Below are positions 1 to 10,269 of a DNA stretch of 64,000 bases, piece after piece. Source of the DNA: Spirochaetota bacterium (GTDB taxonomy: Bacteria > Spirochaetota > UBA4802 > UBA5550); contig JBNKTL010000012.1 of assembly GCA_050298055.1 (NCBI GenBank), forward strand, positions 34,855 through 98,854, given 5' to 3'. Position numbers and translations under genes: made by a program. The stretch's first letter is position 1, and every line of letters starts with the position of its first letter. The notes under the pieces are model-generated. The model searched no databases. It had not been told where the DNA came from and was given only the letters and a program-made list of their open reading frames with translations.

Positions 1-1226
1 GGTAACGCGGCTGAGATGTTCTGGTAGCTGAGCAGCATGAATTTTTTCACCAGGTTCCAGAAAGCCATTGTCCTGTTATAATCCCATTTATTGAAATTAT
101 CAAGATCGGTGATATCATCCTGGGTCCATTTCCATTCTTTTATATATTTGAACATTACGCTCACATTATAGGGCAGGTTTTTGCTTTTTTTCATGCCAAT
201 ATATTTTGAAAGCTGCGGATTAATTTTCAGATAGAGGTTCTGTCTCAATATTTTCAGAAGATCTTTGTCCTTGAGCGCGGACTCATAGTAGTCATAAACT
301 TCGTCAAACATCAATATATAAGAATCAAGGATTTTGTTATCAATCTCTCTTCTTAAAACACTGGATTTGACTTTCTGGCTCAGGAGCGGGGCCGAACCTG
401 TTTTGTAGAGATACTTCTCCAGAACGCCCAGTTTGATAATTGATTTAAAGGGATTTCCCAGTGACTTAATAAGCTGAAACAGGGCGGCCCCAAGGAAATC
501 TTCTTTTGAAATTGAATAGAGGTTCCCGAGGTCAATGAAATCGTTTTCTTTCATCTCTTCGGGAATGCTGTTGTAGACTTTTGAGTATTCGCTATCGGTA
601 ACAAACTTCGGCATGACCCACCAGAAAGGGATCTTGCCCGAGAGAACAATTGAACTCCTGAAAAACTCGTCCTTGAGCAGCGCTCCAATTGTTGATCCGA
701 AGGCTTCTTCTTCGCTCTCATCGAAGATATTGTTCTTTATATCTTCAATGTCATTTATGAAGAGATTTACATCAAGCTTTGATTCCGTGCTGATCCATTT
801 CTGGATCCCCTGTACTTTGTTTACAAACCGCCCGTATTTTTCCCTGCTGACTCTGCGCCTGTCAATACAGACCCAGAAGTCATAATCTGATTTTTTTGTA
901 TATGCTATGGTGCCGATGCTTCCCATAACAGCCAGCATCTCTATAAAGGGGTTCTCGGTTCCCACTTTAAGGTTTCTTGTTCTGAATCGTGTTTCAATAT
1001 AATTGACAATTGAGGGGTCCGGTGTATAGTTTACTATCCCGTAAGGAGTATCCCCTTCACAATATCCGGGAACATTGCTGTGATTTATACTCAGGAGCAG
1101 GGGAATTGAATTAATGATTTTGCTGGCAGTGCTGTTGGAAAAGAGTTCCTGGAAACGGTTATACTTCGCCTCGTTGAATTTTAAGAAGCTCTCTTTATTT
1201 TTTATTATTATATCGTTAAATGTCAT
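1..1226 (-). CDS. cyaA: Class I adenylate cyclase, N-terminal part (runs off the window edge)
   Basis: Not in the ORF track. Manual translation from ATG at 1226: MTFNDIIIKN...IPLLLSINHSNVPGY...MGSIGTIAYTKKSDYDFWV...LLKDEFFRSSIVLSGKIPFWW...DFIDLG, which are the class I AC signature blocks. Confidence 0.85.
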   Translation of the reverse strand, partial: MTFNDIIIKNKESFLKFNEAKYNRFQELFSNSTASKIINSIPLLLSINHSNVPGYCEGDTPYGIVNYTPDPSIVNYIETRFRTRNLKVGTENPFIEMLAVMGSIGTIAYTKKSDYDFWVCIDRRRVSREKYGRFVNKVQGIQKWISTESKLDVNLFINDIEDIKNNIFDESEEEAFGSTIGALLKDEFFRSSIVLSGKIPFWWVMPKFVTDSEYSKVYNSIPEEMKENDFIDLGNLYSISKEDFLGAALFQLIKSLGNPFKSIIKLGVLEKYLYKTGSAPLLSQKVKSSVLRREIDNKILDSYILMFDEVYDYYESALKDKDLLKILRQNLYLKINPQLSKYIGMKKSKNLPYNVSVMFKYIKEWKWTQDDITDLDNFNKWDYNRTMAFWNLVKKFMLLSYQNISAAL

Positions 1227-1395
1227 GGGTTAAGAGGGCGAATAAATGTGCCCGATAAAATTCACTGGTTAATCTTTTACCATAATACAAAAAACTTGTT
1301 CTTTTGTACAGATAAAAAGAATTCATTTGACACAATAAAATCAAGGTTTTTTTTTGTTATCATCGGGTTGGGGATAATTCAATAAGGAATGGAAT

Positions 1396-1734
1396 ATGGA
1401 TGAAATAACTCTGCTCAAATACATCCTGGACAGTATCAAAGAACCGGTTGTGTATGTAGATACCAAACACATTATCAGGTATCTCAACAGGCCCGCGGAA
1501 ATGCATTATTCAAAGAAGTGGGGCAATATTCTTGGGAAGTCGATTTTTCACTGTCACAACGAGAGATCCTCCGGGATAATAAGGGAAGTTTACCAGGAAA
1601 TGCTCAATGGCCTGGATGAAAAGAAAATTACCGATAATGAAAAGCACAGGGTCTACATGAGAGCTGTCCGTGATAATCAGGGCGAATTGATCGGCTATAC
1701 GGAAAGGTATGAGCCTCCGGGAAAAGGGAAATAA
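1396..1734 (+). CDS. Stand-alone PAS domain protein
   Basis: ILDSIKEPVVYVDTKHIIRYLN...GKSIFHCH...AVRDNQGELIGY PAS pattern; AAGGAA RBS upstream. Confidence 0.75.
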   Translation: MDEITLLKYILDSIKEPVVYVDTKHIIRYLNRPAEMHYSKKWGNILGKSIFHCHNERSSGIIREVYQEMLNGLDEKKITDNEKHRVYMRAVRDNQGELIGYTERYEPPGKGK

Positions 1735-1771
1735 AACGTAACACAAATTATATCAAGAAATAAATAGGACA

Positions 1772-1799
1772 GCAGGCGGGGTCATGTGACCCCGCCTGC
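1772..1799. repeat. GC-rich hairpin (REP-like, or terminator lacking a U-tract)
   Basis: GCAGGCGGGGTCA-TG-TGACCCCGCCTGC, 13-bp perfect arms downstream of the PAS gene. Confidence 0.6.
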
Positions 1800-1883
1800 G
1801 ACATCTCCTGAGATTCCGGAATGAGTTTTAAATATATTTTTGACTTAAAATGCGGAACGTATTATTGTATATTTATAATATTG

Positions 1884-2025
1884 TTACTATTCAGCTAAGC
1901 ATAAGAATAGACATGTTAATGAACAAAAAAGATAACCGATATGTCTCCGCCGCTGACCGCGGCGGGGACATCTTGTTGGTATTTTATTAAATATGTTTAT
2001 TTTCAACCATACAAATGAGTAGTTA
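1884..2025 (+). mobile_element. MITE-like intergenic repeat, copy 1
   Basis: Ends ACTATTCAGCTA...TGAGTAGT; central hairpin ATGTCTCCGCCGC-TGACC-GCGGCGGGGACAT (1941-1971); nearly colinear with the reverse complement of 50911-51051. Confidence 0.75.
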
Positions 2026-2169
2026 TATAATATTAATTAAAAAACTTGCTATTAATTAACGGAATAGAGAATCTGTAATGAAATTTCGGATGTTTTCCCA
2101 TCAATTAATGAGGATAAATTAAATTCTCAATAAAACCAATATGTTAAAGAGAAAAGAGTGTGAGGAATA

Positions 2170-4605
2170 ATGGATTTTGATGATATAATGAGTGAAACCG
2201 GTGAACTCCCCGTTGACGCTGACCTTTTTGAGAGTGAACTCTTATCAATTGACCACACTTTGCCGGAAAGACTTTTTATAATACCCATAAGATACAGGCC
2301 GATATTTCCCGGCATCGTTACACCTCTTGTGATTTCACAGGGGAGGTTTACCGATGCCATTGACAAGGTGTTAAAAAACTCAAGGACAATTGGACTTGTG
2401 CTTATAAAGGACGATGAAAAGGATGAAGTCAATCCCGATGATCTCTTCAGGTTTGGTACGGCGGCGAAGATCCTTAAAAAAGTCAACCTCCCTGACGGAG
2501 GAGTCAATGTTCTGATCAACAGCATCAGGCGTTTTAAGATCGAGGATGTATCTTATGACAAGAAGTACCTTGTAGCTGATATCGAATACCTCAGTGATGA
2601 TTTCGAGAATAAAAAAAACATCGAGATCAAGGCCCTGATGAAAGAGGTCCTCGGGCAGCTTAAAAAGTTATCGGACAACAATCCTCTTTTTACCGAAGAG
2701 ATGAAACTGACAATGCTCAATGTGGATGAACCGGGAAAGGTGGCCGATTTTGTTACATCCATATTGAACGTGGAGAAGGATGAATACCAGGAGATCCTTG
2801 AAACTCTCAGTGTGAAGAAAAGGCTGTGGAAGGTCCTGAGACTCCTTCAGAAGGAAATCGAAGTGCTTGAAGTCCAGAAAAAGATCCAGGTGCAGATAAG
2901 TGATAAGATAGAAAAACAGCAGAAGGAGTTTTTCCTCAGGGAGCAGTTAAAGGTCATAAAGCAGGAGCTCGGGCTGGATGTTGACGAGAGGACCCGGGAG
3001 CTCCTTGAAATGAAAAAGAGTCTTGATAACCTGGATATAATCGATGAGGTGCGTGAAAAAATCGGTGATGAGATCCATAAGCTCGGTCTCATGGAAACCA
3101 GTTCTTCGGAATATTCGGTAACCAGGACATATATCGATACCGTCCTTTCACTGCCCTGGAACAAAAAAACCGAGGACAAGATAAATATTGATAAAGCGGA
3201 AAAGATCCTCAACAGGGACCATTATGGTCTTGAGGATGTTAAGGAGAGGATCCTTGAGTTTCTTGCCGTAAAGAAAATTAAACCCGACTCAAAGGGTTCA
3301 ATCATCTGTCTGCTCGGCCCTCCGGGTGTGGGAAAAACTTCCCTGGGAAGATCAATCGCCCGGGCACTCAACAGGAAGTTTTTCAGGATTTCCCTGGGAG
3401 GCATGCGTGACGAAGCGGAGATAAAGGGGCACAGGAGGACCTATATCGGCGCCATGCCCGGTAAGATTGTCCAGGGGATAAGGATCTGCAAGTCGAGCAA
3501 CCCGGTTTTCATGCTGGATGAGATTGATAAACTCGGCCAGAGTTTTCAGGGAGATCCCGCCTCGGCTCTTCTTGAGGTCCTGGACCCCGAACAGAACTCA
3601 GATTTCAGGGACTATTACCTGGATGTTCCCCTTAACCTTTCAGATGTACTCTTTGTTACAACAGCGAATACACTGGACACCATACCCCCTGTTCTCATTG
3701 ACCGTATGGAGGTCATCACTCTTCCCGGCTACATTGCCCTTGAGAAATACCAGATCGCCAGAAAATATCTCCTGCCAAAACAGATCGGGATCCATGGCCT
3801 TAAAAAAGGGAGTATTAAGATCAACAGGGAAGAATTTATGTATATTATCAACGGCTGGGCAAGGGAAGCCGGTGTAAGAAATCTTGAAAGACAGATTGAA
3901 AGGATATGCAGAAAATCAGCATCTGTTGTGGCAAAAGGCAAGAGGCTTCCCGCTGCGCCCCTGAGCAGGAAGAAGATAAGAGAATACCTGGGACTGGAGA
4001 CTTTTACCGATGATGATCTTATCAAAATATCAAAGCCGGGTATTGCCGTGGGGCTTGCCTGGACCTCCCTGGGAGGGTCCGCACTGGTTGTCGAATCAAT
4101 AGTGGTGTCCGCCAGAAAAGGGACGGGGGGATTGAAGTTAACGGGACAGCTTGGGGATGTAATGTCCGAATCGGCGAATATCGCATACAGTTATATACAG
4201 AATCTTCTGAATGATGACAGCAGGGCCAGGGAGATATTCCAGAGCAATGTTGTTCATATACATGTTCCGGCGGGGGCCACACCCAAGGATGGACCTTCCG
4301 CGGGTATTACAATTGCTTCCTCTGTCTATTCAGTGGTTACCGGGAAGAAACTCAAAAAAGGAATTGCCATGACCGGAGAATTGACCCTGACGGGAAGGGT
4401 GCTGCCTGTGGGGGGTATTAAGGAAAAGATCATTGCGGCAAAAAAAGCCAGTCTCAAATCGATTATACTTCCCCGGGACAACAGCAGAGATCTTGATGAG
4501 ATACCTGAGAACATCAAAAAGGGATTGAAATTTCTCCTGGTTGATGATATTGACCAGGTTATATCAGCAGCCTTTGGAAAAAATCCGGTTAAGAAAAGAA
4601 ATTAA
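2170..4605 (+). CDS. lon: ATP-dependent Lon protease
   Basis: LON N-domain, Walker A GPPGVGKTS, LDEIDK, catalytic PKDGPSAG and GGIKEK. Confidence 0.97.
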   Translation: MDFDDIMSETGELPVDADLFESELLSIDHTLPERLFIIPIRYRPIFPGIVTPLVISQGRFTDAIDKVLKNSRTIGLVLIKDDEKDEVNPDDLFRFGTAAKILKKVNLPDGGVNVLINSIRRFKIEDVSYDKKYLVADIEYLSDDFENKKNIEIKALMKEVLGQLKKLSDNNPLFTEEMKLTMLNVDEPGKVADFVTSILNVEKDEYQEILETLSVKKRLWKVLRLLQKEIEVLEVQKKIQVQISDKIEKQQKEFFLREQLKVIKQELGLDVDERTRELLEMKKSLDNLDIIDEVREKIGDEIHKLGLMETSSSEYSVTRTYIDTVLSLPWNKKTEDKINIDKAEKILNRDHYGLEDVKERILEFLAVKKIKPDSKGSIICLLGPPGVGKTSLGRSIARALNRKFFRISLGGMRDEAEIKGHRRTYIGAMPGKIVQGIRICKSSNPVFMLDEIDKLGQSFQGDPASALLEVLDPEQNSDFRDYYLDVPLNLSDVLFVTTANTLDTIPPVLIDRMEVITLPGYIALEKYQIARKYLLPKQIGIHGLKKGSIKINREEFMYIINGWAREAGVRNLERQIERICRKSASVVAKGKRLPAAPLSRKKIREYLGLETFTDDDLIKISKPGIAVGLAWTSLGGSALVVESIVVSARKGTGGLKLTGQLGDVMSESANIAYSYIQNLLNDDSRAREIFQSNVVHIHVPAGATPKDGPSAGITIASSVYSVVTGKKLKKGIAMTGELTLTGRVLPVGGIKEKIIAAKKASLKSIILPRDNSRDLDEIPENIKKGLKFLLVDDIDQVISAAFGKNPVKKRN

Positions 4606-4697
4606 TTATTGAATTAATCTGCAACTGGTTTATCATATGGTTAAATTTTGGTAATTATGCAATCCTGTGTAAAACAGCCGGCTGTTTAGATTGGTAA

Positions 4698-5384
4698 ATG
4701 AGGAGTTTTAAGGTGGGAGTAAAAAATATCAAGGAAGACATCATATACAATATTGTTAATGAAGTCATGAAAAGCGATAAAGATATTAAGAACCTCAAAC
4801 TTCAGAAAGATGATATTGTGGCATATATTCTCAACAGAATTCCCCCCAAATATATTACCAGTGAAAGGGGGGTCCTTCACGGAAAGCTGGAAGCCAGGTA
4901 CATAATTCAGCAGAAAACAGACATCCTCCTCCTTCTCTATGAGGCCATTGAGGTTTTCAATAAAAGAAGACCCACGGAGAAAGGTGACGATAATTTTGAA
5001 GTTGAAATTGAAAAGTGCCGTTTTCCCCATATATTCGGTGAAATCCTTGAAGAGACGACTTTCACTATTGTCTCCAATGCCGAGGTTTCACTTCTCTATA
5101 ACGGCAAGCCCACCGAAATGATCAACCAGGGATGGAAGAACCCCTATATAACCAACAAGGCCACAATGGGCTTTTATCACTTCTGGCCGGTATATGAAGA
5201 GGAGATGGGTAATCCCGGGAAAGTCCCGTTTCAACTGGCTTTTAAACACCCGAAGTTTGAAGAAAAAAGGCTGGATATCAATGTTGATCTTCTTGATAAG
5301 GCCGATGTGGGAAAATCACACGTTGTTCCCATAATACTGCTGAAACTGCACCAGGGGGTTGATCCCGACTTTCTCTATGACTAG
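4698..5384 (+). CDS. ComFB-family protein with a C-terminal extension
   Basis: N-terminal KNIKEDII...DDIVAYILNRIPPKY matches the ComFB pattern. Confidence 0.7.
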   Translation: MRSFKVGVKNIKEDIIYNIVNEVMKSDKDIKNLKLQKDDIVAYILNRIPPKYITSERGVLHGKLEARYIIQQKTDILLLLYEAIEVFNKRRPTEKGDDNFEVEIEKCRFPHIFGEILEETTFTIVSNAEVSLLYNGKPTEMINQGWKNPYITNKATMGFYHFWPVYEEEMGNPGKVPFQLAFKHPKFEEKRLDINVDLLDKADVGKSHVVPIILLKLHQGVDPDFLYD

Positions 5385-5391
5385 CACTTGC

Positions 5392-7581
5392 TCAGTGCGA
5401 GGATTTGCTGAATATCCTTTCCAGGAAGTCAAGCATCCGTGCGGTTACCCTCTCTGACTCATCACCCCGGACAATCCCATGCCTGTTAGAATAGATCCTG
5501 TGCATCTCCTTATCGGTTGTACCGAGCTTTTCAAATATTTCAAGGCCGCTTGCAGGGTTAACAACAGGATCATTTGAACCCTGTATGATTAAAGAGGGAA
5601 TTTTTACTTTCTCCAGGTTCTCTTCAACCACTGACATGAGTTTCCCCAGTTCATTAACTCCGGATATGGGGTTCCGAAAATAGTTGATATGCGGATTCTC
5701 CGGTCTGTTGGTTACAAATTCAAATTTACCTGTTTCAATATTTATTTTTTTCAGAAGCTTGTTCCAGGCAACAACGGCTGAAGTTAACTTTGAGGTAATG
5801 TTCTGGAGATGGAGCGGCGCGTTGATAGAGATGACTCCCTTAAAACGCTTCTCTTCGTGAGTTGACTGAAGCAGCGCAAGTCCCGCACCGGTTGAAAAAC
5901 CGGCAATGGCAAAATCGTCAACACTGTTATCCATAATAATGTACGCCCTGTTCACGGAATGATACCAGTCAATCCATGTTCTCTTTGCCAGGTCTTCAGG
6001 TGAAGTTCCGTGTCCCCGGAGCCGCGCTCCATAGACATTGTAACCTTCCCGGTGAAGGTTCTCCGCTATTACCCTGATCTCTTCCGGTGCTGCCAGGTAT
6101 CCGTGGACGAGAAGTATCCCTTTCTTCCGGGAAATCTTTTTCAGAAAAAACGGGGCGCCGATATTTTTCGGTTTTGACTCTTCCGGTAGACTGTACTTTT
6201 TATAGTCCTGGTTGAACATATCCATATCGAGTTTTATGAATCTCCGGCTTATCTTCTTCCTGTCATATGAAGGGAATGAGACCATGGTTTTCCTGAGTAT
6301 TTTCATCACATCCCCCAGGGGTTCAATCTCATTTTTAATGACTTCAACGATGTTATCCTGCCGGACTGAATGGAATTCATAAATTTTACGGAATTTTTTC
6401 CTGTTTTTATGGATCTCACGATTTTTTACGGTAATGAGTTTATCAGAAGTTGCCGCGTCGATAAAGCTGTCATAGATATTGTATTCATCATCCGTGAGAA
6501 GGTGAAACTGGTTCTTTTTCATGCTGCTGTGAAGATTAATTGATTGAAGCCTGCCGATCTTTTCAATTGCCAGAAATGCCTTGTTCTTGAAGGTGTTTTC
6601 CGGTATGACTTTCTTGGGGCTTGCCATAAGGATATAGGAAAATACATGGTCGTGGTTTATTGTGGTCCTGTTATAGATTGAATCCATATAATTGTACATA
6701 AGCTCCACACTAACTTTTTTAAAGGGGATCTCCTCTCTTACCACCTCCTTTTCCAGGAAAAGCCTGCTGTCGTTAATTTTCTCATCAATTTTATTTGATT
6801 TTCTGAGGTAATCCTTTACTCTAATGGGTTTACCGAAGTTGATGTCGATATCAACACCTTCCAGGAGCATGGTCCCTTCTACCTGCAGTTCTTCCTCGTA
6901 TCGGACAGGAATTTTCTTTAAAAATTTTCCTGCCAGTTTCTGGATCGCGTTATTCTTTGCCCGTATGGGGAAGTAGGTTACATTAACCGGAACGATAAAA
7001 GTGTCACTTTTTAGTATCTCATCCAGTTCCTTCTGCTTGAATCCGAAGAAATCCAGGTAGTTTTTAACCGCCTCCATGTTTCCCTCTTTATTAAACCGGG
7101 CCATTTTTTCCCGGTAGAACTGCGCGGAAAGCGCTATGCGGGCAGCACCGGTATGCGGCGGTCTCCTGATCCCGGTATTGTAGACCATGTACTTCCCCTT
7201 TTCAATGAGCTTCTTGTCCTTGAGCATCTGCCCTTCCGGAAAGATAATCACAGAGAGGTCCTCCTTTAAAAGTGCCGAAGTCAGGATCTTGTTCCGTTCC
7301 GGGTCACCGGTGGAGACTGCGCCCAGCTTCTCCATTATGTTGCCGAAGGTGCCGCCGAAGAAGGAATGGTGCGCAAGGGAGAGGACATACTTGTTCGTAT
7401 GCTTATGAATGATATAGGGAAGAAAAATAGTCTCAATCCGGGTAAAGTGGTTAATTACATAGAGTACCGACTGGTCGGGAAGGTTTTCAATATTATGGAC
7501 CCGTATATTTGCGCCGGATACATTAAAGAGCCTGTGAAGAAGTTTTGATGTGGCTTTTGTTATGATTTTTGATAGCGGCAT
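5392..7581 (-). CDS. PlsC-like acyltransferase fused to a C-terminal alpha/beta hydrolase (esterase/lipase)
   Basis: NHFTRIE and FPEG acyltransferase blocks; LLVHG, GHG, GFSTG nucleophile elbow, D (DPVV) and H (RHG) triad. Confidence 0.8.
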   Translation of the reverse strand: MPLSKIITKATSKLLHRLFNVSGANIRVHNIENLPDQSVLYVINHFTRIETIFLPYIIHKHTNKYVLSLAHHSFFGGTFGNIMEKLGAVSTGDPERNKILTSALLKEDLSVIIFPEGQMLKDKKLIEKGKYMVYNTGIRRPPHTGAARIALSAQFYREKMARFNKEGNMEAVKNYLDFFGFKQKELDEILKSDTFIVPVNVTYFPIRAKNNAIQKLAGKFLKKIPVRYEEELQVEGTMLLEGVDIDINFGKPIRVKDYLRKSNKIDEKINDSRLFLEKEVVREEIPFKKVSVELMYNYMDSIYNRTTINHDHVFSYILMASPKKVIPENTFKNKAFLAIEKIGRLQSINLHSSMKKNQFHLLTDDEYNIYDSFIDAATSDKLITVKNREIHKNRKKFRKIYEFHSVRQDNIVEVIKNEIEPLGDVMKILRKTMVSFPSYDRKKISRRFIKLDMDMFNQDYKKYSLPEESKPKNIGAPFFLKKISRKKGILLVHGYLAAPEEIRVIAENLHREGYNVYGARLRGHGTSPEDLAKRTWIDWYHSVNRAYIIMDNSVDDFAIAGFSTGAGLALLQSTHEEKRFKGVISINAPLHLQNITSKLTSAVVAWNKLLKKINIETGKFEFVTNRPENPHINYFRNPISGVNELGKLMSVVEENLEKVKIPSLIIQGSNDPVVNPASGLEIFEKLGTTDKEMHRIYSNRHGIVRGDESERVTARMLDFLERIFSKSSH

Positions 7582-7596
7582 GAAGTCTCTCCGGTG

Positions 7597-8004
7597 TCAG
7601 TATTTGTTATTAAAATAATCATTGAGAATGTCCCAGTGATCAAAAACAATATTTTCGGGAAGATTTGTCCGGTTGAAGATCCCAGCGTTCTTTGCATCAT
7701 CCGCTGCCACAGGCACTCCCTTTCCCTTTGCAATATAGACAGTTGTAATCGTATGTTTTCTCCTGTCCCGGGAAGGATCAGAATAGGTGTGAAACTGTCT
7801 CATCAGCTCCACATCAAGTCCCGTCTCCTCTTTTGCTTCTCTTATGGCGGCGTCCTCGAGACACTCACCATAGTCTACAAACCCTCCGGGAATTGCCCAT
7901 CCGTAGGGAGGATTTTTTCTGCTGATAAGAACAATACCCGTGGTGTGGTTATTTTCCAGTTCAATAATAATGTCTACGGTTGGTACGGGGTTATTATAGT
8001 TCAT
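7597..8004 (-). CDS. NUDIX hydrolase
   Basis: Nudix box [31 protein letters not shown]. Confidence 0.92.
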   Translation of the reverse strand: MNYNNPVPTVDIIIELENNHTTGIVLISRKNPPYGWAIPGGFVDYGECLEDAAIREAKEETGLDVELMRQFHTYSDPSRDRRKHTITTVYIAKGKGVPVAADDAKNAGIFNRTNLPENIVFDHWDILNDYFNNKY

Positions 8005-8224
8005 TTCATCGAAAAAAATTGTTCTCTTAGATTACAGGGTACCTCTGAAAATTTAATTTTTCTTTAACACGCACCCTGACCGGGAAACAGCAAAAAAATT
8101 ATTGAGAGAAGTACCCTGTTGTTATATGTATAATCCCGGCGAATGTTTCCGTCAATGAAAATTCATTTTAATTAAATAAATTATCTTGATAATACCTGCA
8201 AAAAGTGTATTATTAAAATAGCCG

Positions 8225-8749
8225 ATGCTTAATATGAATTCAGCGGTTAAACATATAAGAAGGAAGAAGGTCCAGGTAAAGAGGGGAGAGATCTCTCTGA
8301 GCAGCAGTGAGCTTTTCTATACGCATATCAGTACATGTGTCTGTGTCTGTCTCTATCATCCGGGAACAGGTTTCGGGGGGATGACCCACATTTCCCGGTG
8401 CAGGAGTGATGATACAACACCCAGCGGAAGGTTCCTGGTCAATCACGGCTACTATTATGCCGATACCGCCGTTGAAGGGCTGCTTGAAGGATTCAGAAAA
8501 GAGTCTTCCCATATTAAAGAGGTGAGTATTGAGTCTTTTCTTATCGGGGGTATTAACAGCGAGGGGCCTATTACCGAAACTCTTGAGGTATTGAAATTAT
8601 ACAGGTTCAGGGAGAGAGGTGCTGACATAAACAGTAAGCTCCACAGGTATATTGAATTTGATACAGCGGCCGGTATCGTTACAATCAGAAGGAATGAACC
8701 CCTTTCCCAAAGACGGGAGAAACTGCTGCTTATTAGATTCGGCCCTTGA
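8225..8749 (+). CDS. CheD-like chemoreceptor glutamine deamidase homologue
   Basis: VKRGE...STCVCVCLY...GGMTH...YADTAV...LIGG resembles the CheD Cys/His motifs. Confidence 0.65.
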   Translation: MLNMNSAVKHIRRKKVQVKRGEISLSSSELFYTHISTCVCVCLYHPGTGFGGMTHISRCRSDDTTPSGRFLVNHGYYYADTAVEGLLEGFRKESSHIKEVSIESFLIGGINSEGPITETLEVLKLYRFRERGADINSKLHRYIEFDTAAGIVTIRRNEPLSQRREKLLLIRFGP

Positions 8750-8760
8750 ACCGGGAATCT

Positions 8761-9000
8761 CTATGATTTGACGCTTCCGTTTTTCACTGTTACAATAATT
8801 TTAATGAAAAGGAGGACCCAGGGAATGGCGTGATATACGAGATCGAACCAGTCAATGGGCTTTTTAAGGGTCCCTTTTATGAGCATATTGATTTTTTCAA
8901 AGAGGTGAGGGGGCGCATAGGGTGCCAGACCCAGGGTAAGACAAAAGAGTATCAAAATACTCCAATCCAGGTTCTTTATAAATATCAGAAATTGTTCCAT
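8761..9000 (-). CDS. Small two-helix membrane protein
   Basis: LGLAPYAPPHLFEK...IDWFDLVYH conserved-looking motif; start moved to MEQFL. Confidence 0.6.
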   Translation of the reverse strand: MEQFLIFIKNLDWSILILFCLTLGLAPYAPPHLFEKINMLIKGTLKKPIDWFDLVYHAIPWVLLFIKIIVTVKNGSVKS

Positions 9001-9089
9001 TTGTATATTCTCCCATAGAAAGAGTTCCGAGTTACAGGAACAATCCAATAGAGGCGGCTATGACTGTCAATGAGAAATATCAGAAAATA

Positions 9090-10262
9090 CTAAAAAACCA
9101 TGCTCTGAAAAACCTGGAAACATCTCTTCTCAATATCTATGAGATTCTGGAAAGCATCTGTGAAATCGGTTTTGCCCACAGTAAACAGCCCGTGACCATA
9201 AACAATAACTCCCCTTCCTTTCATGGCGGGGGGAAGGGTCTTCTGGAGTCCCGTGGGTCCTGTCCCCACCTCGCCGGGTACTATGGGGACATCATCCACG
9301 GATCTCTTCTCCGGGCATCCCGTGTGGCATCTTCCCCTGCTATTACACCCGTCTTTATGGCAGATCATGGATATTACAACACTTAATTTCGGATGGCCGT
9401 GGAGAATTGCTTTCACATCTGTGAGCCCGTAAACACTCTTGTGGGCGGAGAACTCGCTTGACGCGGTAATCGCGTTGGATGTTGAATTGTCAAAGGGGCA
9501 GATATCGATAAAACCTTCAAGTTCATCCATTGAGCTTCCTGTCTGGCTGATAAAGATACTCTCATCTCTCCTGTATGAGATATTTCCGAAAAACGAATCA
9601 ACCATCCCTGAGTCGATTACCCTTTTGCCCGCTTCAGCCATTGCTTTCATGATTTCATTCTCTTTCCTGAACGGGCCTTTTCTCAGGGGAGAGTCATATT
9701 CAATGGATCCGAGACGCTTTTCAGTGAATTTACACGCTGCTTCAACGGCGCCGATATATTCACCGGGCAGCCGGGACGTCATTTTTTTATGGGAGGCGTA
9801 ATCAGAAAGGACCTTAACAAAACATGAGAAACAGACCGAACTGTATACGATATAAGCCTGTTCGGGGCTCACAACCCCGAAGGTGACAATTCCCTGGTCA
9901 CGGACAATAACGGCTTTCCTCCTTTTCAGGTGAGAGACCAGGAGCTCGCCGGTGAATTCTTCCGCCACGGGGATATCGTGAAGAAAGGTCCTTGTTTCGG
10001 TGTCCTGGGGATGAATTGAGCCGTCTTCTCCGGTGGAATATTTTGCCAGGCAGTTTATGAGAGTAAAATAGGGCTCAGCGGGTTTTGAAAAAAGGACACT
10101 GTTGATATTGAGCCCGTTCAGGACCTTTTCAAGTTCTGTACTTTTTTCACTTTCCCTGTTCCATTCAATTTCCGCGTCAAGGAAACCGAAGAGCGGTTCG
10201 CCCCGGCTGCAGATCCCCTGTTCCACAAGTTTATCCGTATATTTCTTTATGAGTATTTCCAT
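9090..10262 (-). CDS. Class II aldolase/adducin family protein
   Basis: GNIS, SSEFSAH, ILHGHP and GHGLFT metal-binding motifs in the C-terminal half. Confidence 0.8.
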   Translation of the reverse strand: MEILIKKYTDKLVEQGICSRGEPLFGFLDAEIEWNRESEKSTELEKVLNGLNINSVLFSKPAEPYFTLINCLAKYSTGEDGSIHPQDTETRTFLHDIPVAEEFTGELLVSHLKRRKAVIVRDQGIVTFGVVSPEQAYIVYSSVCFSCFVKVLSDYASHKKMTSRLPGEYIGAVEAACKFTEKRLGSIEYDSPLRKGPFRKENEIMKAMAEAGKRVIDSGMVDSFFGNISYRRDESIFISQTGSSMDELEGFIDICPFDNSTSNAITASSEFSAHKSVYGLTDVKAILHGHPKLSVVISMICHKDGCNSRGRCHTGCPEKRSVDDVPIVPGEVGTGPTGLQKTLPPAMKGRGVIVYGHGLFTVGKTDFTDAFQNLIDIEKRCFQVFQSMVF

Positions 10263-10269
10263 CTTCAGA

